Assembly: GCF_001194135.2 (NCBI RefSeq)
Contig: NC_068985.1
Location: 15,787,310-15,848,480 of the forward strand
Direction: 5' to 3'
Source of the DNA: Octopus bimaculoides
Lineage: Eukaryota
Length of the DNA: 61,171 nt
A program made the position numbers and the translations under genes. Within the stretch, counting starts at the first letter, position 1. The number at the start of each line of letters is the position of its first letter. The notes under the pieces are model-generated. The model searched no databases and was not told the DNA's origin. It saw only the letters and a list, made by a program, of their open reading frames with translations. Below, in pieces: positions 24,227 to 37,130 of this stretch.

Positions 24227-25197
24227 AGCATACCACTAAGCAACACAGTCTCGGTTATTTAAATTTAGACAATTAATTTTTACTGTTCATCATCAGTTAC
24301 AAATAGCAATTGGTGTGTGTTAGCTTAGTTTGCTGTCTGTTATTTTAAGGTGTGTTAGACAGGCTTATAATACAGTTTTATTATTTCAATATAAATTTAC
24401 TCTTAATCCAGCTTCAAAAGCGTAACTGTGATTTTTAGTGGAAAAACACTGAGTTGTATGACTATAGTAGATATAAGAGTGTTCCATATGCTATAGTTCT
24501 GGAATGTTCAATTTCATATCATATTTAATAATGTAAAGCTAAAACTGATTTTTGTTGTTATTTGTGCGCCTTTTGTACTAAAATACGCGGTAAATTTAAA
24601 ATCAAAACAATATATGCGTCAAGAAACCAATAGGATTCAGCACCAGTAAAAATCCTTGAGGAAGGTTCGTAAATTACTTCACAGAAAAGCTAGGATTATC
24701 TTTATCATTTCATCTTTTACTTATCTCAATCATTGAATTACAGCCATGCTGGAGCATCACTCGAAGGGTTAGTATTTAGTTTTATTTTTAAAGTCTAGTA
24801 CTTATGATATCGGTCTCTTTTACCAAACTTTTAAGTTATGTGGATGTAAACAAACCAGCACCGGTTGTTAAGAGGTGTGAGGATGTGTGATAAACACAGA
24901 CACAAAGACACACACGCACATGTCGTTCGCTCAGTAAGAAATAGCGGACACAATTCCCTCAAATTACACCTTATGCTTTTGAGGAAGTAAAAAATACTTT
25001 GGACAGTGTAGTTTTAAATATACACAAAATGAAGGATAAAAATGATGGCCATGACTGGATTGTCTTTGATCATGGAACGGTTCAGTAATAGCAGACATGG
25101 GTTTCAAACACAAAAACAAAATCAACGGTAACAAAACCACCATCGCCACTACAGCAACAACAACGACAACAACACCAACAACAATAACTCTATCAAC

Positions 25198-25392
25198 TCT
25201 TTTCTACTCTAGGCATAAGGCCCGAAATTTTGGGGGATGGGGCCAGTCGATTAGATCGACTACAGTGCACAACTGGTACTTAATTTATCAACCCTGAAAG
25301 GATGAAAGGCAAAGTTAACCTCGGCGGAATTTGAGCTCAGAACATAAAGACAGACGAAATACTGCTAAGCATTTCGCTTGGCGTGCTAACGA
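25198..25392 (-). mobile_element. SINE family B
   Basis: Reverse complement of family consensus motifs. Confidence 0.9.
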
Positions 25393-25394
25393 TG

Positions 25395-25586
25395 TAATAT
25401 AAGTTCTTGCCTTTGGGTAAAAGAAAATAGAGGAGGATCAGTTAATTATGATTTTATTCAACATATTCCCCTCTCAGATTCACACACCTATTGCAGCCAG
25501 CGGTCCTTCAGCTTTTCTAAGCGCTGTGAAAAAACTTGGGCCTTTCACGAGACCCTTAAAGCTAGGAACTTTTCAGCAACCCCTCG
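25395..25586 (-). mobile_element. Internally deleted mariner remnant
   Basis: TA-cgaggggttgctgaaaagttcc TIR; minus strand encodes KLKDRW and RCVNLRGEYVE*, typical of a mariner C-terminus. Confidence 0.75.
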
Positions 25587-26129
25587 TATATATGTAATAT
25601 ATATATATACATATTAATAAATGTTTGTATTTGTTGTGCGTGTGTGTGCGTGCGCGTGCGTGTGAATATATCACATATTATTATATTCGTTTGGGTGACT
25701 AACCCGAACGGCATCCCGTTCATCATCAAGTTCGTAAAATGAGAGCCAACGTTGTTTTTAGACCAGCAACTTTTGACAGGTAAATCAATTGCAATTAGCG
25801 AACTAACGAGGTTTAGTGGTGACTGTAATACATGAACTTATCGATCTGGAGTGGAAGAAAACACTACTTTACAGGTGTGCTGATTACTGTCTTACAAAGA
25901 TGTTATAAACCACAAATACATCTATTGAACTGTAATTAGAACGAAACTGTCCAGGTCAACAGGCTGGTCAGTCACCGCATCTACCTTCGTAGCTTGTCCA
26001 GACAAATAGGTAAATCACAAAACACCAAATGAACCACTACGTAGTCGCTCGATTTGCTAGAAATAGAAGCAAGGTTTCTCTTCCTTCTGTCATGCTGGTT
26101 TTAATAAAATGACATTTAAGACTATTACT

Positions 26130-26350
26130 GGATAATGTAATATTGGTTTCAAATTTTGGTACAAGGCCTGCAAGTTTTGAGGAAGGGGCGAGCCGATAAC
26201 ATCGACGCCCAGTGATCAACAGGTATTTATCTTATCGACCCCGAAAGGATGAAAGGTAAAGTCGACCTCAGAAGAATTTGAACGTAAAGATGGACGAAAT
26301 GCAGTTAAGCATTTTGTTCGGCTTGCTAACGATTCTATCAGCTCGCTGCT
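26130..26350 (-). mobile_element. SINE family B
   Basis: ttatcgaccccgaaaggatgaaaggtaaagtcgacctc...gctaacgattctatcagctcgctgc. Confidence 0.9.
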
Positions 26351-26564
26351 TTACTGACTAATGTATTATTAGATATGTGGCACATGAATAAAAAAAACGA
26401 GATTGTCACGACTGGGACGCTTTTGCTCATAAACCTACTCAATCAGGATTGCCATAGGGTAAACAACCAGAAGAACGACAGCTATGTAACCCTAGTATGT
26501 TTCTCATTCACATGAAATCCTCCTCCACTTCCTCTTCCATCATCCACTCCACCCTCCTCCTCCT

Positions 26565-26730
26565 CCTCCTCCTTCTCATCATCATCTTCATCATCATTAC
26601 CACTCTACGTCTGGTTTCCATGCTGGCATGGGTTAGACGGTTTGACTGGATCCGACGAATCGGAGGACTGTGTCATGCACTGATGTCTACATAAGCACAA
26701 TTTCTACAACTGGTTGCCCTTCCTAAATGC
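26565..26730 (-). mobile_element. 3' end of an RTE-tailed short retroelement (family E) with (GAT)n tail
   Basis: catcatc...tttccatgctggcatgggttagacgg...ctggttgcccttcctaa; a head fragment of the same family may lie at about 800-855. Clade call is from recall. Confidence 0.65.
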
Positions 26731-26974
26731 TTTTAAGCATCGGAAACTGCTTCCTCATCTTCATGTCGACATCTCTCAGTTTGTTATTCCTTCATTCAGT
26801 TATTTGTGTTACTCTGCCATCAGCAGGATTTCTCTAACGATATTTCTCCACATGACATTTGCATTTCAAAATCTTAATTCTGCAAACATATTCTTTACCG
26901 AGGACATATTTATTTCTATACATTTGAAAGTAGTAGTAGCAACAGCAGCAGCAGCAGCAGCAGTAGTAGTCGTA

Positions 26975-27450
26975 GTAGCTAGCAGAATCGTTAGAGCGTC
27001 GAACAAGGCGCATTGAGATATTTCTTCCGACTGTGCATGTCCTGAATTCAATTTCCGTTGGAGTCAACTTTTGCTTTTCCTCCCTCCGGACTAGATAAAA
27101 TAAAGTACTAACCAAATACTGATTTGATGGTATCGTCTAAGCTACTTCCAAAATTACTGGCCTTGTGTCTAAGTAAGAAACCAATATTAGGAGTAGCATT
27201 GTTACTAAAGCAGAGAGCTGGCAGAATCGTTACGGCGCTGGACAAAAATACTTAGGGTCATTTCTTCTGTCTCTACGTTCTACGTTCAAATACGACTGAG
27301 GTCGACTTTACCTTTCATATTTTTGAAGTCGATAATATAAGGATCAGTCGAATACTGTACTCGATAAAATAAGGATTAATCGAATATGTAGTCGATGTAA
27401 TCGACTTCTCAAAATTGCTAACCTTGCGCCAAAATTGAAAAGGATTACTA
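26975..27450 (+). mobile_element. Two tandem diverged SINE family B copies
   Basis: Two cagaatcgtta heads (about 26983 and 27220), each followed by central and tail motifs. Confidence 0.8.
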
Positions 27451-28143
27451 TTATTGCTTGTGCTTATAGTGAATACATACTCTAAGAGATAGATGTCTCT
27501 GAAACAGATTTATCCGAAGAAAAAATTTTAGCTTCTCCTTTGTTGTTACAAAGGCACCGAGAAGACACAGCATTGAAATTTATGATATTCCTCTCTCTCA
27601 CAACAGAATTTACAACGTAAGTAGAGCTAAAGAGCTTCAACCTGAAAGTTTTCCAAAAGCCTTCTTGTCTGCTCTATGATGGTCGTCACGTATCAAATAA
27701 AGCTAATTTGTCTGTAAAATTACTTAAATTTATTTATAGAAGACATTACTTTGAAATCTCAAAGATTAAACCTACCAGTATTCATTAAAAGTTCCGCCTG
27801 TTTGAATATTTCAAGAGAGTCTTCACAAATCAATTTCGTACAATGCTAAGGGCTGATGGGACAGTTTATTGAATTTCTGTCTATTCATGTCATTTCTTGA
27901 CAAACTACAATATACCATTGCATCGATTGCATAACATTGTTTCATTAATTTGTAAGTTTCTAAACTGTTTGGTTAGCATTAATTTCTGGAAAACAGCGGT
28001 ATCGACTTTAAACAAAGATCACGTGTATGTATGTGTGTGTGTGTGTGTGTGTATGTGCGTGTGTGCGTGTGCGCGTGCGTGGATGTGTGCATATGCGCGC
28101 GCACGTCTCTATGTTTATTTTACTTTTACAAGAATAGTGGCAA

Positions 28144-28224
28144 CAGTGACTTCGAAGTTTCTGTCTGCTCGGCTTTATCAGAGAGTCCGATCAAGACTAT
28201 CTGGCCGAAACTTCGAAGTCACTG
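28144..28224. repeat. 81-nt hairpin with perfect 18-bp arms
   Basis: cagtgacttcgaagtttc / gaaacttcgaagtcactg. Confidence 0.85.
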
Positions 28225-28516
28225 AAACGACTTCTGTATCAGTGGATAAATATGTACTTTACAAAATGTATTGAATAATCTTTCGGTTTAATGTAAAATT
28301 GCTTTTTTTTTTTTTAAATCATGACATAAGGCGGCGTGCTGGCGGAATCATTAGCATGCCGGACAAAATGCTTAACCATTTAGTCCTTATGTTCTGAGCT
28401 TAGTTTACACGGAGGACGGCTTTGCCTATCATCCTTTTGGTGTTTTGCTAACCAAATAAGAAAGGGTTATAAGTCGACATAAACAAATTTTATACATACA
28501 TAAATACATACATACA

Positions 28517-28597
<81 letters not shown>

Positions 28598-28726
28598 AAT
28601 TAGTAATCATATATATATAGTTATATTAAGGGAGAAAGTCGAAACATGACTTTCCTTCTCCATGCTGAATGAACGTCTAAACATTACGAAGCTACCCTTA
28701 ATATAATTACATATATATATATATAT

Positions 28727-29258
28727 AGAATACCCCACAGAATACCCCACAGAATACCCCTAAATTCTGTGGTGTCGCTGCCTGCCTCTCTTTGATCTTT
28801 AGCCTTAACTATACTCTTTAATTTTCTTTATTCTTTATCCTTACTTCGGTTCTCTCCCAGCAACCAATTTTTCTAAGCCTAGTATAACAAAATATCAGCT
28901 ACACTCCATTTCTAGCCTCTCAAAGAACCAATCTAGCTGACTCCATTTTCACTTCAGTCTCTAACCATAAATATTATATTACACCCTTTCACAAACTAAA
29001 TTCTTAACCGAACACTACCCCGTAATACCCACAACGGCCAATTTTGTCGGTCATTTTCCCATTTCACGGTAAGCCTCGGCTGACTGCAGCCACGTCCTTG
29101 GGGGTATTCGTTTGTTTTTGAAATTATGTTTTATCTGATGATTGCGGTTTTTTGCCATGAAGTAATGTTCTCATTCTTCTATAAAAAAAAAAATGCGTCA
29201 GAAACAGTTGTAATGAGCTGACAATTATCCATCGTCTGTTATTATTCATTTGATTATG
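28727..29258 (+). repeat. Unclassified interspersed repeat family F, copy 1
   Basis: Colinear with about 55365-55946 (gcctctctttgatctttag, ctagctgac, ccaattttgt.ggtcatt, tttgaaattatgttt.atctgatgattgcgg, taatgagctga). Confidence 0.85.
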
Positions 29259-29530
29259 TGGTAAGTAGCTTGCATATCAACCACAGGTCAGTACTGATCT
29301 ATGAAACCTATGATAAAAGCCATTCGATCTATTTATATATATATATATTCCTTGGCGGAATTTGAACTCAGAACGCAAAGACAGACGAAATACTGCTAAG
29401 CATTTCGCCCGGCGTACTAACGTTTCTGCTAGCTCGCTACCTTGTATCTAGCGCTATATTGTTTGATGTTTCCCCTCTGTTTGCTAACGGCCCGTTGTTT
29501 TGTGCGGATTATTTGTAGCTGTTTTTTCAG

Positions 29531-29566
29531 GTCAAGCGATAATGTAGAAACCTCGTACTTTTCTAA
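29531..29566 (+). CDS. Candidate 36-nt symmetric microexon, product unknown
   Basis: gttttttcag|G...AA|gtgagt; only one frame open (SSDNVETSYFS). Confidence 0.25.
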
Positions 29567-30590
29567 GTGAGTAGTAATACATTGAGAATATTTTGACAGT
29601 CTGTACCTATCCTTTTCTGGCATATTTGGTAGAACTATGTATTGAACGCTTTACAGAATATGTCATTGATTTTAAATCCATCTTTGTCGATATGAGTTAT
29701 TATCTCAGGAAGGTCACTAAAACATGTCAAACGTATATTTTATTTGACTCAATCGATGATAAACCCCTCCCTACAAATATTGATCTTTAATTTAGACTAA
29801 ACAAACGATGATTATATTTATTTGAAAGACAAGAATAACGGTTGAGACCTTAGGGAGCTGTATAAAATGAGTTGTGTTTCATTACTTTCGGTAATTAAGT
29901 CAAATCTAGTCAGGATCCATTTTGAGTACACATCCCTTCGAATTCGTTAACATTAGGCCAACTCAATTGGCTTTAATTATCACTTTAAAGAAATTGGGTT
30001 TTGTCATTAAGTAGGAAATCAATGGTGATAGATGGACCAGTAATGAGTCATTAGATCTATCGACTTCGTGGGAGGAGACCGAAAGTTGCTTTATCACTTC
30101 AGGACGTTATTAATGACAGTATCCCTACAAGTGAACGAATGGTTTCTGCTCTTTATATAATTTTCTATGTTGTTCTCGATTATGATCGACTTTTGTATTT
30201 AGCTCTTGATATTTCATACTTTCATTTCCCCTTTTCTTTTGATCTTTGATTATAAAGTACAGGCAAGAGTCTTGAAAAAAAAAAAAAAAAAAGGAACAGA
30301 AACATATAAACCTTTGCCAGTAACTGATTTTCAACAGCGGCAATGGGATTAAGTCAATGACTGGGTTGAAGGAGTACCATGGAACATTTGGGCATTTCAG
30401 AGTAGACTCTACTTATGAGAAAACAAACAAAAGTATAAATAGCAGTTCTTGTGTGTTTTAAAATGGCTAAAATGATATTATTATTATTATTACTATTATT
30501 ATTATTATTTTTAAAAAAAGGATTGACGTAACTCTTCACGAAGGTAAATAGTCAAAACGAAGAGCGCGATTTTAGATGTTTTATTTTTTG

Positions 30591-30625
30591 AACAACATTT
30601 CGACAGAACGTCTGTCTTTCTCAAG
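30591..30625 (-). ncRNA. Degenerate Penelope-type hammerhead-like motif
   Basis: CTTGAGA-AA-GACAG-acgtt-CTGTC-GAAA-TGTT, followed by aaaaaataaa. Confidence 0.3.
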
Positions 30626-31361
30626 TTCAAACCAAAAGGTGATTGAAAATTCAAAATTTCAGAAACCAAACGTAGACTATGAACGTGAGTAATCAGCGTC
30701 CATACGTTGATAGAATGACATCATCAGCTTTTGTCAGTTTTTTAATAAGCAGAAAGAAAGAAAGAAAAAGGAAGACGACAGAAAAAGAAAAGAAAAAGAG
30801 ATAGTAAAACCTACATGCCTAATCTTAGCAAACAAAATACAACAGNNNNNNNNNNNNNNNNNNNNNNNNNNNNNNNNNNNNNNNNNNNNNNNNNNNNNNN
30901 NNNNNNNNNNNNNNNNNNNNNNNNNNNNNNNNNNNNNNNNNNNNNNNNNNNNNNNNNNNNNNNNNNNNNNNNNNNNNNNNNNNNNNNNNNNNNNNNNNNN
31001 NNNNNNNNNNNNNNNNNNNNNNNNNNNNNNNNNNNNNNNNNNNNNNNNNNNNNNNNNNNNNNNNNNNNNNNNNNNNNNNNNNNNNNNNNNNNNNNNNNNN
31101 NNNNNNNNNNNNNNNNNNNNNNNNNNNNNNNNNNNNNNNNNNNNNNNNNNNNNNNNNNNNNNNNNNNNNNNNNNNNNNNNNNNNNNNNNNNNNNNNNNNN
31201 NNNNNNNNNNNNNNNNNNNNNNNNNNNNNNNNNNNNNNNNNNNNNNNNNNNNNNNNNNNNNNNNNNNNNNNNNNNNNNNNNNNNNNNNNNNNNNNNNNNN
31301 NNNNNNNNNNNNNNNNNNNNNNNNNNNNNNNNNNNNNNNNNNNNNNNNNNNNNNNNNNNNN

Positions 31362-31429
<68 letters not shown>

Positions 31430-31968
31430 CGAGTGAGAGAGCAGTGCATGCCATCAAAGTGACACAGGGGTAAAATATACGAAGCCCAATATACCCATCA
31501 TGACTACCCGTCTGATAAGGGTACACCAGGTACAGGCATCACAACCATATGTGTGCGACATAGTGATCTCATATCACGATAAACATCGCATGACCTTTCA
31601 GGTCGAACCCAGTTGGGAATTTTCTTCCCGCTCAAATGGTCTCTGAATAAGGTTTGTTTAAGAATGTTGAACGAAACACCCATGTTTCCAAAGGTGAATA
31701 ATCCAAGCCCCAAGAATTCCTTTCAACACATAGCTATGATGCTTCCCCCCACCCACTACTTCTGCCCGTGATCAGAGATGCATATATCGTCAGCCACTAA
31801 GGGACATGCTCAACTGGTTAAGGTTAAACAACTGACAAGCAAATCTGTGGTATTGAGCAGAATATTTTCAGTAGCCCATCTCTTATACCAAGACAAGGTA
31901 ATGTACATAATAACACTTCCAATCAGTTAAGATCAGAAGCCATAAGAGCCTATTATTATTATTATTAC

Positions 31969-32044
<76 letters not shown>

Positions 32045-32050
32045 ATTATT
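31362..32050 (-). mobile_element. Probable non-LTR retroelement 3' segment (31430-31950) between (TAT)n and (TAT)n/(TGT)n tracts
   Basis: On the minus strand a GC-richer block ends directly in a long (ATA)n tail; no protein motif recognised. Confidence 0.5.
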
Positions 32051-32899
32051 ATAATTCTCAGTCCAAGAGAATTACTAAACAAGTAAAATTTCGAAGTTAT
32101 TACTATATTGAATGTGAATTAAAATAAATTGTTACTTCTTTGTATAAATTTTGCTGTCGATTTTATTTTTGTTGAAATATTGGATTATACAATCTTGTTA
32201 TCTAAATTGGTTCCTTAAACAAAAGATTTAAAGCGACTTATGGTAAATTATTTCATATTCATATAAGACGTATTAAATTTTGTCTGGAGAGGTCGGATAA
32301 TAAAAAGATTAACTGAACATACAATGCAAGAGTTTGAATAAATCGTAGATACACAATGAAAGACTTTAATACCATTAGATATTAATCAGGAATATTAAGA
32401 TGTGAATATAATAGCAAATGTGTTTTAATCGACCAAAATGTGTGCCTATTTCCTCACCCATATAATGTACACCACACAACTGAATCATATGAAATCAGTA
32501 TCTTTCAGTCAGTTTATATCGTTTACAGAAACAAATGCGACGAGGCCAAAGCAATTAATTAATTTAATGTTGACCTAGAATCAGGAATGCAATTATTTGT
32601 ATTTGAATTTATGTTGTGTAAACTCGAGTGTAAAACGCTTAAAGAGAAAATTAAATGGTAGGTGGGAGAACTGTAAAGACTAGAATATATTAAGCTGTCA
32701 GTAGAGAATTGTTGTCTTTTGATCAATTATTTGAATTGTGATTATTGCCTAAAATAAATATTTAATAAGGGATTTTAAAAGGTTTATTAGAAAGTATGGC
32801 TAACATGAATTTTTAAACAGATTTTGAAATTATCTTTAGGAGGAGGAGGTGAGAAATGACGCATTTAAATATTCTGTAAATAAACCATAATATATTGGT

Positions 32900-34190
32900 T
32901 TGACATTTTGGCACAAAGCCGGCAATTTCAGTGTAGTGGGTGAGGCGATTACATCGACTCCAGTGATCAACTGGTATATATTTTATCGACTCCAGAAGGA
33001 TAAAAGGCAAAGTCGATCTCAGCGGAATTTGATCTCAGAGCGCAAAGACGGAAGAAATGCAGCTCAGCATTTCGCCCAGCGTGCTTACGACTCTGTCAGC
33101 TCGACGTCTTCAGAGAAGTTATAAAATATGAATTAGAAATTATGGTGCATAGTTTCAAGACAATCTTACACTTTAGAATAGAAGAAGAAATAAAGGCTTC
33201 TGATTTAGGCACAAGGTTTTAAGGCGAATGAGGTGAGTTGAAATCCTCGTTCTAGTTCTTGGTTATATTTTATTTTGTCGACTACGAAAGAATGAACGGC
33301 AAAGGTGACCTCAGTGGGAAATTAAAGAAGAAATAATTCTTCCTATGGTGTTTTTTTATTTTTCTAATTTAAATATCGTTTATATTTTACTTGTTACGTA
33401 TTTGGACTGGCCATGTTGGGGCACTACCTTGACGGGTTTTAGTCGAACAAATCGACTTCGCTATTTATGTTTTAAGTTTGTGACTTATTCTATCGATCTC
33501 TTTTTCCGAACCGCTAACAGGCCGAGACATAAACTAACCAACACCGATTGCCAAGTGTTGGTGGTGGGGATAAGCACAAACATAAACACACAGGCATAGA
33601 TCGATTGGGGGCTATCGTAGAAGACACTTTGCTCAAGGTGCTGTGCAATGCAACTGAAACCGAAAAGATGAAAAATAAAGTTAACCCCGGCGGCATTTGA
33701 ACTCAGAATGTAAAGACGGGATAAGCATTTCATCCGGCGTGCTTACGATTCTGCCAGCTCGCTGCCTTAACATAATGTTTAATATTAATTACCAACACAG
33801 CTAAGGCAGCCAATGGGAAGAATCGTTAGCATGTCGGACAATGTACTTTTCTTGCGTTCTGAGATCAACATTTCATCTTTTCATCTTTTCGTGGCCGATA
33901 AAATAAGTCGAGCACTGGAGTTAATGTAATCAAGTAACACCCGCCTGACTAAAATTGCTGGCCTTGAGCCAAAATTTAAAATCCCTAATAACTAGTTACT
34001 AGGTAACACATTTTGAGGGATGGTAGAATCAGTCCTAGAGAATCGACTCCAATACTTGATTGATGTTTTATTTTATCGACCTCCAGAAATATTAAAGGCC
34101 AAGTTCAACTTGGCGGGATTTAAGCTCTGAATATAAAGGGACGTCAATGCCACAAGAAATTCTGCTCGATGCTCTACCAATTCTGCCATC
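32900..34190. mobile_element. Dense cluster of at least 6 SINE A/B copies in mixed orientation
   Basis: B minus about 32900-33110, 33200-33320, 33670-33775 and 34010-34190; A minus about 33350-33660; B plus about 33805-33980. Confidence 0.8.
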
Positions 34191-34390
34191 CATTACACTT
34201 ATACAAATATTTAATACCACTGATTTTTCCTAGGGTGTTAACCCTTGGTCTTTTCAGATTTTTAGTTAACCCTTGTTTTATACGTTCTGAGTAATATAAA
34301 AATTATCTTTCATAAATCCCAAGATAGTCGGGTGGTTGGGAATGTACGAGGGTGTATGAAAAGTCTTGAGCCTTAAAAAAAGAAAACATG

Positions 34391-34462
34391 GTACAAGACT
34401 TCTGATGAAGGTACAAGACTTCTGATGAAGGTACAAGACTTCTGATGAAGGTACAAGACTTC
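34391..34462. repeat. 20-bp tandem repeat, 3.6 copies
   Basis: gtacaagacttctgatgaag, perfect copies. Confidence 0.97.
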
Positions 34463-34504
34463 AAAGCTCAAAGGCCTTGAAGGCTCAAAACTTTTCATAT
34501 ACTG

Positions 34505-34890
34505 TTTGTTGTTGGCACTCCGTCGCTTACGACGTCGAGGGTTCCAGTTGATCCGATCAACCGAACAGCCTGCTCGTGAAATTAACGTGCAAGTGGCTGA
34601 GCACTCCACAGACACGTGTACCCTTAACGTAGTTCTCGGGGATATTCAGCGTGACAGAGTGTGACAAGACTGACCCTTTGAATTACAGGCACGACAGAAG
34701 GGGAAGTAAGAGTGAGAGAAAGTTGTGGTGAAAGAGTACAGCAGGGTTCGTCACCATACCCTGCCGGAGCCTCGTGGAGCTTTAGGTGTTTTCGCTCAAT
34801 AAACACTCACAACACCCGGTCTGGGAATCGAAACCGCGGTCCTATGACCGCGAGTCCGCTGCCCTAACCACTGGGCCATTGTGCCTCCAC
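34505..34890 (-). mobile_element. Full SINE family C
   Basis: Reverse complement closely matches 23843-24226; degenerate TSD tttcatatac/tttcatgtat. Confidence 0.95.
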
Positions 34891-36226
34891 TTTCATGTAT
34901 TATACCCCTCGTAAAAATATTTATGATGCGTGGGTGCCAAGGAAATTTCTCCTGTGCATCATATGTGATACACGGGACAGGCAAAGGGTAAGAGATTTCA
35001 ATTTCGTTGATCTCCGCATGTAGGATTTTACTTTATCTTCGCCGAGTTTAAATTCCTTATGAGATGTGATATTAACATTTATCTCTTCAGAACTTATAAA
35101 ATAAACCCGAACTGAATACTGGATCAATAGATGCTCTCCATAAAAATTATTATTGTGCCTACACGCAAATAATCAATATTGTTATTACTTTCATACATTG
35201 TTCATGCATATCAGTTGTAATATTGCCATACTCTATATAAATGAATAGAAGTATGAATATTTTATTCTTTCTGTTGTGTCAGAATTGGTTAAAGAATAAA
35301 CTTCAGGCAAAATCAAATAGATCTGACGATGCTCGTTTTGCAGTATACAACCGAAAATCTCGTAAATATGTTTGCAATTATTTCCACCGAAGAATACATT
35401 TGTCTGTCAAATACATACACGAATGCACACACATACACACGCACACACCTATGTATGTGTTTGTGTGTGTTTGTGCATGTTTGTGTGTGTGAGTGAGTGT
35501 GTGTGTGTGTGCGTGTGTGTGTGTATGTATGTGTGTGTATGTGTGTGTGTGCTTTCGTAAAGAATAAAACATCGACATGGTCTAATAATTTAGACGAGAG
35601 ACGTAAGATATATAGATAATAATATTGATAAGCTTCGAGTTCGATAATCAGGAACCTACTGAAATATAGTATCTTGGATACTGAAATAAGATATCTTGGA
35701 CATTATGAAGAAGAAAATATGGACATCACTAACAAGATTAATATGCTTAGAACTATTAACCTTACCTTCAGAGATTGAATATTTGATTAACAATATTTGT
35801 TTGTACATTATGTTGTTATCGACTTGATCTACGATAGCCATCACATGTCTTACTCCCGAATGTGTACCTATCTCCAGACCAGATAAGAACTCAGAATCTT
35901 AATTTCTAAAACTAAGGTAATAATATTCAGATCTTCTAGGTCGTTGTCCCCAATACATAATCTCATTAACATTAACATAAGCTAGTCATTTAGATTGAAT
36001 TATTAACAGTCGCATATAATAAATATAATGTGTTAAAGGAGAAGATATGTTTGCATAAATTTGTTTCTATCATAATGATTTAGACATAATGACTATATTA
36101 ATGAAGCAGCACACGAGTGTTCTAAATTGAACAATAACTGTAATCAAGCAATTCAGTTTTATATACGTTGCTGTTTAATCGCTTAGTCTCTTAGTTTCAT
36201 GGTTAATCATTTGAAACATTATCAGT

Positions 36227-36257
<31 letters not shown>

Positions 36258-36399
36258 AAGATCGAATAAATAATACACAGAGAAGGAGAGATTTATTCGG
36301 TCATGTTGAGTAATTTAATAAAACAATTCTAATCTAGTCAAAACCAGATGTACTTTAATAAAAATTAGTGCGTATGTTCTCGATAAGACCATAATAGGA

Positions 36400-37130
36400 A
36401 TCCGCCTTCGGTTTCGACGACTGCTTCAAGCGGGACTGAAATCGTTGATATGCCTGCACTAAATGGTCCTTATCGATTCTAGCGATTTCTCTTCCTTTCA
36501 ACAATACTCCAAACATAATTTCCATGGGACTTAAATCAAGTGAATTTCGAGGCCCCATGTTTAATGCTACTTAATCATAAAACACTGCCTGACATCCATT
36601 CTTGGGTTACGTGGGCTTTTTGAGAAGTTGCTGAGTTTTGTTGACATGCGCATTGCCTTTCACTGCGTACATCTTCCATACATGGTTTAACAACAACCCC
36701 CAGCACCTTAAAGCTTCCAGCAGCGTTAATTCTAAGACTGTTGAAAGACGTGTGGTGGTATGACATGGTCTTCATTACTCACCACTCCTAAAACCATTAC
36801 AATTGCCAGAAATTTGGTGTGGAAACATCAGAACGATCTGCACATAACCATTTATCATTTCTCCTGTCAGACCTTTGATTTCATCAGAGAAGAACCATAG
36901 CATGTTATGTTCGTGAAGATTTTTAACCTTGCCAAGTAATGATTTTGCAGAAATGGATCGGCCTCTCCTCAGTACATGTGAGTGGTATCTAATGTTCTCA
37001 TGCACCAGATAGAAAACTCTGATATTTGAAGTTCTTCACTGATGGCCCCCGTTGATTTTCTGTGTCATCATTATATATAATATTTTAAATGAATTGCATT
37101 GGATGAATCGTGATGTCTTTATAGTCCCCG
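36400..37130 (-). pseudogene. Decayed Tc1/mariner transposase, DD37D (maT-like)
   Basis: VHENIRY..LRRG..LWFFSDE; LRINAAG..VVKP; QQNSATSQKAHVTQEWM; PRNSLDLSPME then YVWSIVER; 37-residue spacing reconstructed across one frameshift. Confidence 0.85.

Larger units (their letters stand above)
34347..34911. mobile_element. Mariner-derived MITE whose right TIR is split by a SINE
   Basis: TA-cgagggtgtatgaaaagtcttgagcct ... aggctcaaaacttttcatatac [SINE] tatacccctcg-TA. Confidence 0.8.

Noticed and set aside
27555-27617. Possible exon ending AAC|GTAAGT
   Set aside because: Several competing weak acceptors and open frames exist, with no recognisable peptide.
34391-34462. CRISPR-like or hammerhead reading of the 20-bp repeats containing CTGATGA
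   Set aside because: The units are contiguous without spacers, the context is eukaryotic, and there is no stem II or GAAA.
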